A DNA stretch of 64,000 bases from Perkinsus chesapeaki ATCC PRA-425. Lineage: Eukaryota; Protista; Perkinsozoa. The DNA lies in assembly GCA_013115145.1 (NCBI GenBank), contig JAAPAO010000033.1:1-64000 (forward strand). Reading direction: 5' to 3'. The translations under genes and the position numbers were made by a program. Below are positions 1-9,081 of the stretch, one piece after another (position 1 is the first letter of the stretch; every line of letters begins with the position of its first letter). The notes below the pieces were generated by a model. That model did not search any database and was not told where the DNA came from. It was given only the letters and a program-made list of their open reading frames with translations.

Positions 1-108
1 TGCGCGTCCGACCCTCGGCCGTTCGGCCTCTGACCGTCTTGCCAGTTAATCCAACCACACTTCCTGCCACTCTAATCCTTACAAGGACTCTCCGAGTCAT
101 TGAGAAGC

Positions 109-126
109 ATACCTTCTCGGCCTTTT
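109..126 (+). ncRNA. 5'-terminal fragment of U2 snRNA (truncated copy)
   Basis: ATACCTTCTCGGCCTTTT matches the conserved U2 5' end as I recall it. The expected continuation (GGCTAAGATCAAGTGTAGTATC) is absent. Confidence 0.3.
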
Positions 127-899
127 CATACCCTGTCTGGTAAATAAACCTATCATAAACCTATGCCCCCGGAAAGCCCTTTAAACGCTGTTTCAGAATC
201 CATAGCTCTTTTGTATTTACGATCGATATTCGATGAGAAATAAGCAATCAAAGTTGTGCAATAAAACGGCTGACGTGTGCGTACGCGCAATATTAAGAAA
301 TACTACACCAATCTGGGTCACTGGTTCGCCAGCCCAAAAAGCACAAATTTGGTCTTGTTCAGGGATGATGCATCGTCTTAACTGGATATCCTTCATCTAA
401 TGATGGGTCGAGTGAAATGACTACAAGGGTAACGAATTAGGGGTAGCTGTAGGGGCCACAATGGGACATATACGGGGAATACACTGCGACAGCAGGCAAT
501 GAAGCTTTTATTCAGACCAGCATTAGAAAGCACCAATGCTATTCAATGCTAGCCCCTCGAGGCTGCCCCGCCCCTGCAGATTAGCATGAAACACAACATG
601 AAATAAGTAGAAACTCGTATCACTCTCTCGTCCGAATCAACTTCAAGTGGAAGGTTACCGCAGGTTAACAAGTTAGAACAGGCCACTCCTACTCAGCTAG
701 TAGCAATAAATAATTACCCACATGTTCTTACCATCATTTTGTGATAATCTATGATGTCTCCTAGGCAACCATGCTGTTCATTGCTTGGAATATCTCGTCC
801 TAGTAATATAACGCAGGGACTATTGGCGTTGATAATGTAAAAGAGCATTGCAGAGATAATGAGCCAAGTTAGAGTCACAATGCATAACGGAGCATGTAA

Positions 900-1751
900 T
901 TAGCTTACGCTGGCTCTGACGATCCCCCATAAGACTGTTACAAGTAGTGGGAACCATGCATCATTGGCCGCATATTGAATTTGCTTTGGGGTGAAGACGG
1001 GCTTAGACCAATTACGAAAATTGGGGTCCCTAAACAAGAATAAGCGAGTGAGCGTTCCTTCTCTTGACTGGGGATGAAGGTTGCCGCTATAAGCATCGAT
1101 AAGGAATGTATCCGCGAAAGATGGCTTACTCTGGTTTGTTATTTCTATATCCCACATTTGCACATATTCCCATAATTCCAGGATTAGCTAGCTCTCGATG
1201 TTTAGCATGAGATACCATATCAATGAGTGTCTCTGGTGGTATAACGACGCCCATGTTCGCCAGCTTCTGCTTGTCACGACTACCATGATGTTCTGAAGAG
1301 AAATGTAACGTTTTCCGACAGCATGGTCTGCTGAGCAAGTAAATAATATTTACTGAAAGTACAATGAAATCTACTTATTGAAAGTCGTAACTTACCGGCT
1401 TTGTAAAACTTCTATGGCAGCAGGACTGAAGCGTCCATTGACCGGGCGGAAAAGAAAGACACCGTCCTTTGGGGTAGCAATCTGTATCTGAAAGAAGGGT
1501 ATAATCGGAAAAGATTGAGCGATGAGCTTACCAATGCGATAGGGTTATTTTGTCCTGCGTGTTCCCTATCCCATTCAAAGTCTATGCCGACTACGGTCTT
1601 AGCCTGCCTAGAATAAAATAGCATTCACGGGAACACAACGGAAAGAGTTTCGCGAGGTGGTATGATATTACAGTACGTTTCTACAGGCTGAAAGTTGATC
1701 ATTGCCAACAACAACGAAAGTCTTCCCCGCGTAGTTGTTGAAGTTAGACAT
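900..1751 (-). CDS. DEDDy 3'-5' exonuclease domain protein (WRN-exo/EXD2-like), multi-exon; 3' end may extend to ~300
   Basis: ExoI motif VVGIDFEWD...NPIALV (1412-1624 frame) and ExoIII motif NWSKPVFTPKQIQYAANDAW (900-1163 frame). Probable ATG at 1751 (MSNFNNYAGK). Confidence 0.8.
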
Positions 1752-2336
1752 GAGAATCAATAATTAAACAAAACTTGGAAGCATCCGGCCATTATTATCG
1801 TACTTTAAAAGCTATCAACTGTAACACATAGAACGACAGAGGCATTCCTATCGAAAAGTTACCCCCTATGAGTTGAAGATCTTCTCTGCACACCAGACAT
1901 GCTGGCTAGCTCATCCACAAGATTGACTCTCGAAGCATTAGTGGATTTTATAACACTTCCTTATAACCAGCGAACGCTGTAACATGGCGAATGTCAGTAC
2001 CACGTGAAGAGCTCATGGCGTAACGCTAGATTGCTCCATGTCGTACACCTAAGGATACACCTTGTGTTGAGAGATATCATTCTTGTTCAATGATCAAGTA
2101 CGGAGTTGAGGTTTGCAAACGAGAGTATACAATGATAGTATACTCCGAGAAAATAGTATGCCCAGAGTTGTCACTCCAAAACAGCTGATGGACAATAGAC
2201 GCCACATATGATACACTATACATCAGGTAAATCTTCACCCAGTATATAGCCGTTTATAGGCTTCTATAGGGTCCTTACCGCTGTAGTTGCACCAGCAAAT
2301 ACAAAACTCGTTACCGTATACTTATGATGAGGTTAA

Positions 2337-2773
2337 CTAAACGTTAAGGGTACAATCTGAATACTCACCACGTACCACCGATTTATAGGATATCATGCTG
2401 CTATGTGGGAATAATGATATTGTATCGCAGAAGTTACGCGATTCAAGACCCGGGTTTAAGAAACCCGAATTAATTCCGTGACGGAACCAAACAGCGAGGA
2501 AGATTTGATGCGATCTTGTAAGATCAAACTGGTCAGATCGTCCTTCCCTTTCCAAGGGAGGGAGTATGGGTGGCCCACCCAGGGTGGGTCAAGAAAGGCA
2601 AGACCAGAGCTCGGCTGATTCACCGACACTGAATCCTTGAATCCCGTGACATGCATGATGCACACGCGCGAGTGACCGAAAGGCGGACTAGCTCGGATCT
2701 TACTTAAACACACTCCGTGTATCTCATATCTAACTGCAGACGACGAAGTAGTGAGAACGGCTAAACAAAACAT
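2337..2773 (-). pseudogene. Lineage-specific secreted-type protein, frameshifted by a 14-bp excision scar
   Basis: Signal-peptide-like start (MFCLAVLTTSSSA). ORFs 2456-2773 and 2337-2555 fuse into one 140-aa frame (..AFLDPPILPPLEREGRSDQF..) when the 22-bp scar at 2567-2588 is collapsed to a single 8-mer. Confidence 0.55.
2567..2588. mobile_element. hAT-type transposon excision scar (8-bp TSD TGGGTGGG)
   Basis: TGGGTGG-CCCACCCA-GGGTGGG is a perfect 7 + reverse-complement-8 + 7 arrangement. Confidence 0.75.
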
Positions 2774-3050
2774 AGTGCCATCTCGCTAAGGAGCTCAAGG
2801 TACCAGGACTAGTATGTGCGCCTTTCACGTAACCGAAATGTGAAACGACTCACGGTCTTTTAGCGATCACGCAAAGAACAGTTCTCGCGCGTCGCACTGT
2901 CTGCGTCCCTCTCTGGGCTTCCAGGTATCGTTATTTTCTCGAAAATTTTAAATCCTTCATTTCTCCCAGCGAGAAATGCTTCCCCCCGAAGAACCCGGAA
3001 AACCCGAGAAACCCGGACTCGAAGTAGGTCTGGAAGGATGTGTCATTTAA

Positions 3051-4275
3051 TTGAATTTCTCAGCTGCTGCGCGAGAAATGTGTTCAGCAATAACTTTGCT
3101 GATCTTCCTCATCAATACTAAGGGAATGACTGAGGAATACAGCTTCAAAGGTTGTCACTATTGTAGACATTATGGGGTAGTGAATCAAGAAAAGATTATG
3201 TTTGGCCCTGGTTATCCGTCATTATTCTTCTCGGTAAAGGAAGCATATACTGTTAATGCTGAGGTTGGTTATACTTTTAACGACAGCACGAAGAGCCTGA
3301 CTTTGGATCACGCGTTCGACAAGCGTCCTGGTGATCATTTTTTCTAGCGTCTATATGGTTCAGCTGCGCACACAATTGCTCGATAACAGCAGCGAACGAG
3401 TGATTCCAGCTAGCAAAGCACTACCACGAGACTACCCAGTATATCCTGCTTCATGTAAACAAGTACGATTACCATAAACAGCTCAAGCCTTACGGCCAGA
3501 AATGTGCTGCAGTTCAACCATGGTTGAGATTTCAAACATGAAAAGGCATCATCATGTAAAACTGCATCTACTATTTTAGTAACGTAACACAAGTCCTCCC
3601 GGTGAGTATCTAATTCCTCAGCCAACGCAAGTTATCTCGTTGATGTCGAAACAATCTACGATGAAACAAGGCGTGGGAAGTTATCTACGATATAGTCGGC
3701 GAAACTCGCGATACTGCGCTCGTTTCGCAGCCTATCTTGGCTCAACCCCAAATAGAGGATCATTCGTTCACCTGATATCGGCACGGCGTTAGGAAATTAC
3801 GTTATCTCCCTTCTCGGCTGTTACATATAATGCCACCATAACGACGATCAATTCTTCCCATCACAACACGTGGCAGTATTGTAATGTCACTTAGCAGTTT
3901 CCTGTCACCGAGAAGCACTTTAGTGTCGAATCCTTCTGTGCCATCAAGAATCGACCTGGACGTTGTACTATCAATCTAACAGATACATAACAGATATCTT
4001 GCATAGGTTGGTGAGAGGCTACCACCGTGACACTTACGATGGCACCGATACTGCCTGTCGTGGATATAGTCACAAATAGCACCCTTCCAGATCTTGTCAT
4101 TACTATGCTAGCATCATTATCACCATCCAAATCAACCGTACCAACGAGGGAACAAGGAATATCCATTCGGGCCGGATCCCCCACTAAAGTCCCCGATTTA
4201 GCCCCCGTATCGATCGAGCAATTCGCTTCATACAGGGTTTGTGCTGCTAAAGCCGAGTCTATCGATTATGAATAA
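3051..4275 (+). pseudogene. Decayed secreted-protein gene, possibly aspartic-protease-like
   Basis: Hydrophobic N-terminus, fragmented frames with stops, and weak resemblance to pepsin-fold segments (AAYLGS..SFVHLI; TLPDLVITM). No DTG/DSG catalytic motif seen. Confidence 0.25.
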
Positions 4276-4464
4276 TACGGTGAAGCTGTAAAAATGAAAG
4301 GCTGGCGAGTTGGTTAGCGGGAGCCGCTAAAGGAAAAACGGTGGCCTGAGTGGTAAGTGAGAAGATTCAAGGAGACGCATCCAATACAACGAGAACAAGC
4401 CTTCAGGGAAACTATTCATGATCTGTATTGCGGACATTGATATTCATTTCCATTAAGTCTCGTA

Positions 4465-5700
4465 CTACGCACCACCAGTAACTGTGCAGGATAATAATAG
4501 AATAGATATTGAAAAGACGTCAGAGAGGCCGAGGCCATCGGTAAAGGGTTTGTGTCCGTTGGAAAAACAATCAGGTCCAAACCAAAGGCATAGTTCCAAA
4601 GCATGTACCCAGTCGCTGCAGTAGCCTGGGAATACATCCGATTTGTATAGAGTGAATCGAGAAAGTACATCTATAATGCACACTCCCAAACCGTAACCAC
4701 AGAAAGCGGCACCTAGAAGGCCCACATGGTGATGAACGAGGCAGCAGTCAAGCAAAGGCTCGCCGCTAGGGAATGAATACGATGTAGAGTTTATTCTGAG
4801 GTAGACAATGCTCCTGTCAGAATAAAAGATGTAACCACATTGCCAACTTCCTGATGATACAATGACATCGGGGGAATGTGGTAGCTCTACTCTTTCAGTT
4901 GGGGGCTGCCAGGTTTGATTGAAAAGCCCGGCCACAAATCGATGAAGAGGATCATCATGCGATGGCCTCACTTCGAACCATGTCTGCCGTTCAAAGGATT
5001 CCGAATGGATTCCAGTGCTGAGGAACTGGCATTCTCTGTTAGTAATGTGGAAGATATAATCACCATGAGCCAGTAGACTCCCATGAGTTCCAATAGATGT
5101 AGCACTCAATTCCGTATTAAGTGTACATGACCACCTTCGTATGAGTCAAACTTTCTTAACCTTATAGTATATAATACCTTTATGATGTAGTACACAAGTT
5201 ACAGACATATCTGTAGAGACTTCAGCCAAAAGGGTATCCTCCGCAGGCAACTTTCGGCTAACAAGCTGTTGACTATCTTTCAGCCATACCGCCAGCGAAT
5301 CATCATTCAAACCCTGCCCATTGAATTGACCACATGGTTCCCAGGGCTGGAAGGTTATAGACTTCGACACCGTCAGCTGAAAAGGCCTCGCATATTGCCA
5401 AGTCAGCAATCTTATGCCTTAGAGCCCCTCGTCAACTTAGTCCCTGACAATAGATATCTACATAACCACTCTCCCACGCCTTAGTTGATGGGTCGAAGTA
5501 GCAGGGATGCACGACATCAAGACTACCGTCCCCAAATGGAAACTGAAAAGACAGTGATAAGTATCACGGTACACTCTTTGTTAAGAGCCCATAAGACTCT
5601 ACACAATGATTCTAGAGTCAATTGAAACAGTAACGTGTGGAGGCGGTGGGATATACAGTAATACGGCTCTATCATTATCAATGTCACAATTGAAAATGTC
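4465..5700 (-). pseudogene. Lineage-specific beta-rich protein, partly decayed
   Basis: ORFs 5146-5409 and 4465-5109 are in the same frame, separated by one TGA. The upstream part has several stops or frameshifts (LLYIPPPP; DVVHPCYFDP). Confidence 0.4.
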
Positions 5701-5855
5701 GCGCCACTCGGCACTAAAAATGGCTAAAAAATGTTTTTGTCGAGTTAGAGAATTCAGGAAAAAGGAATTAGCTCGAAATTCGACATACTTATCGATATTT
5801 TTGCCCGTCCAGACCGCGCATCTCTAGATGTCGCGAACTGTAAGTACCAGAATAC

Positions 5856-5902
5856 ATCAGGTCACCTGATCACCTTGATACACCTGATTCAGGTGTATCA
5901 AG
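5856..5902. repeat. Two odd-centred palindromes (7-bp and 14-bp arms, 1-nt spacer)
   Basis: ATCAGGT-C-ACCTGAT (5856-5870) and CTTGATACACCTGA-T-TCAGGTGTATCAAG (5874-5902). Confidence 0.9.
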
Positions 5903-5945
5903 AACATCACTATGTGGGTTGATATTACTCCGCTGGACAAAGAGT

Positions 5946-7025
5946 TCACCCATCTAATAACATTAGTTGGTGCCACTTAGTGCCAGGAATTATACCATAC
6001 CTTACCTTCTTAGTAACCTCAGTTATGCCTATACCAATTTTTCCCGTTCGCGCCAGATTCTCTGGTATATTTCTTGTCCCTTGAATAGTTCTATCTATAG
6101 ACCATTCGAATGAATCTAGTTTAACAGATTGCAGAAATGCATAGCTATATGCCAAACGCTCGTACCTACAAATACTAGGGTATGAAGGCCGATAGGGTCT
6201 AAGGCTTACACGCCGTCCGTGGAAAGATGGATATCATCATTAACAATACTCGACTGATGCCTTTCCTCATCAGTCTCTTCAGTACGAGCACAAGCAAGAG
6301 TATAACTAAGAAAGGAATAGATGATTATGGTAGGGGAGAGAGTGCCAAGTTGGCGTGTTGGCACTGCCCACACGTACACCATGTAGTCATCAAAGGTTTC
6401 AACTGCCGGTTTCTTTACGTAACTATGCAGAAGAGGGTTCTAGTATTATACCATTCATGCTGCTGACTACTTACGGTCGAAGAACGTGTAGAAGTTTCCG
6501 TCCTTCCTCAGAGGTGAGGCCCCAAAATACGATACAACCAAAATCGAAAAGGATTCATATTCATATTGGACTTGCAATTTTTCACCAATATTCAAAAACT
6601 AATTTCCCATAAAAACCAATGATAATAATACCACTTCCTCACTCGACAGCTTAGCTTCAGCATCTACAGAATAACGTAGCCTCAACCCCAGTAACAGGTA
6701 TAGCATAGGTATAGCATCGTGAACCTTCTCCGGAAATAGCTCTCTTTCATTGGGTCAAATTTAGCATCCTGTCTGTTTTACACAACCCCCCCGCTCAACG
6801 ACTCTCTAGTATTCTACCTTGAGTAGTTGTCGGTCTATTAATGTCAGTTGCATATGATGCGTTGATAAACTCGTCTGATGTACACAACCTGCCTGACAAC
6901 AGATGCTATCATACCATACTCCATCGACACACGACATCGACAACACAATACTACCTTGAGCCTTCAGGCTTGACTCAAGCCTTGATTGAGCCGCTTGAGA
7001 AGAGTCTCCCCAGGAGACATTGGCT
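5946..7025 (-). pseudogene. Diverged partial duplicate of PLAA/Doa1 (PFU-PUL linker exons) joined to unrelated downstream exons
   Basis: Shares TCAAATTTAGCATCCTG with ~14614-14630. Peptides DAKFDPMK/DAKFDSMK, AKLSSEEV/AKLSSEEM and HHMQLTLIDRQLLK/HHMKHFPLMDPILFK, with the same intron positions. Apparent frameshift and an 11-bp tandem duplication (AGGTATAGCAT x2). Confidence 0.6.
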
Positions 7026-7270
7026 GAATAGTAACTATTCAATAGTTGACTAAGATAGTAACGGAGCTGAAACAGCCGGTGGCCCCCTGAAATTCAGGGC
7101 CTGAATTGATCATCATAAAGTCTACTATATTATCTGTACATTACCAGTAAAAAGCGCAGCTTATCATCTACGGATACGGTGATTGTGACACCATTATGGT
7201 GTCACCATACTTCTCCGCTTCTCCTATAGAGAAGATAATTGAGAAGATAAAGCTCGTATTATATCGAACC

Positions 7271-7341
7271 CGAATAACTTAATAGCCGAAAGTTACTCTA
7301 TATCACTCATACAGAGTAACTTTCGGCTATTAAGTTATTCG
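7271..7341. repeat. Perfect 29-bp inverted repeat with 13-nt spacer
   Basis: CGAATAACTTAATAGCCGAAAGTTACTCT (7271-7299) and AGAGTAACTTTCGGCTATTAAGTTATTCG (7313-7341). Confidence 0.95.
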
Positions 7342-7733
7342 TTTAAATGCTAGCATCTACCCATAGCGGCTACCCAGGCTGCCTCTTCCAGATAGCACAT
7401 GCCGAGAGCGCCCGTGAATTAAAGGTTTTGATTAATAACAGGACAAGTTTCACCTTCTGCGATTGATAACAGCTTGTCAAACTGAAAGACAACATACTAG
7501 CCCGCTCATTGTTCGTGGTAGTGATACTAATAGTATTATAGTAATATACTAGTAGTACTAATAGTAGTATAGTATTGAATTAATATAATATTCAGCGTTA
7601 CAAATCCTAGAACTATAATAAAATCCCCCGAACTTGAATCAGGGAATCCCAGTTATAGTACTACAGACTGTACTAGTAACTACACCATTTCTAGAGATTT
7701 TCTAGTCTTTCTAGAAATTCTAGGCCTCTTTAG

Positions 7734-7850
7734 ATGAAGCCCGGACCTAATTAGTGAAATCCCAGAGCACATGAATGTAGCTGAGACCAAATTAATGAGA
7801 CCTCAGAGCGAATAAATGAAGCCCATACCAAATTAATGGAGCCTCAGGAA
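7734..7850 (+). repeat. Three degenerate ~40-bp tandem units
   Basis: Recurring ATGAA(G)CCC..ACC(A/T)AATTA(A/G)TG..CTCAG blocks, preceded by four TT(T)CTAG blocks at ~7688-7723. Confidence 0.6.
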
Positions 7851-9081
7851 ATGGTGTAGTAGTTGTATAACACCTCTAGTCGGATAAGCTGCTTACCATA
7901 AACGACCGCCACCTACGAGTTTGAGCTACAAGCTACACCTTGCAACAAAGGATGTTCGAGAATGCAAGACAGAAGTGACGCCAATGCGCAACACCAATTC
8001 CCTTGAGTCCTGTTCACCCGTCCTGCATACCTGTATTCAGTGAATACGATATCCGGAATATCCTACTACAGTGTAGTACGATATTCACTGGAAAAAGTGC
8101 TACGATAATCGTTCCATCATTTCCAGTGAAAAGTTTTCGCCGTTATCACTTCGAAATTAGAAGTTCGAATGAGCTCTGCGTGGCTTTTACGGCTCACTCT
8201 CGAAAGACTTTCATTATACCTTGCCGACGGTAAATTGCCATTGACGCGTCGTCGATACTCTATAGGAGAGAGTTTGATACTCTGAGTATCTACATTTCCC
8301 GGATCCTGCGAATCAAGCCTATCAAAGCTACCTTAGAATTCCATTATGCAGTTAGCTAAGCTAGCAGTTAGCTTAGGAATGGCGCGAAATCTCCACCTTT
8401 GGTATCTCCGTCTATTAAGTCCTCCGTGAGTGCGGAGGTCTCCGACTCGGAGACTCAGAGTACAGGAGTCCTGTAACAGGACCCGTACCTATGGCCCATA
8501 GGTTATGGGGCTATGTAAAATTTACAAACATACTACGCGCTCACCAAAGTGCTCTCAGATTGATTGTCCAGTGATGTTCGCATATGGGCCGTATGAAATG
8601 GCCCCATGCCTGGCCCCTGAGCATAAGAGGAAAGCCCCAGTGGCTCCCCGAATAGAAGTTCTCGTTGCACGTCAGCGATGTTTAACATCGGAGTTTATTA
8701 TAATTGTGAACCCCGAATGCGAAAAGCTTCTGCCGAAAATACATGCCGCCTGAAAACGAAGCTACCTATCGACTGATCCTAGACTAGGATCAGACAAGGA
8801 GTCACTCATCATTCTATGGGCCGTAGACTATGGCCCGCTCTTTCACAATGGATTGGAGTTTAATCATTGGAGTCCAATAATTGGACATAATGCTGATCAT
8901 CACCGGGTGATGCCACCAGTGGTGGCCCACCACCGAATATTGCTCAACAAGCAATGCTCAGATAGCGAGTTACACGTACAACATAACAAAACCCACTTCA
9001 ATTTACAACTATGACATTAGAGAGTTTGCGAGAAACGTATTGAAGTTATTATGTTAATAACATAGTACTAGTGACACTAGT

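Noticed and set aside
578-588. AGATTAGCATG matches part of U6 snRNA
   Set aside because: Only 11 nt, with no ACAGAGA box or other U6 context.
2991-3017. Three 9-bp (A/G)AACCCG(G/A) units as telomeric or CRISPR repeats
   Set aside because: Too short, no spacers, and not a recognised telomere unit. Probably a promoter-region microrepeat.
3726-3745. CGCAGCCTATCTTGGCTCAA resembles the perkinsid/dinoflagellate spliced leader (..CCGTAGCCATCTTGGCTCAAG)
   Set aside because: Needs a mismatch and an insertion and lacks the terminal AG. It lies mid-gene in a plausible coding frame (FAAYLGS) rather than just 5' of an ATG.
7355-7400. CGGCTACC...GGCTGCCT looked like an SSU rRNA fragment
   Set aside because: The matches are short and not collinear with the rRNA sequence.
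8003-8753. Short ORFs 8003-8233 and 8505-8753
   Set aside because: They run through multiple scars and have no motifs. Their length is expected by chance.
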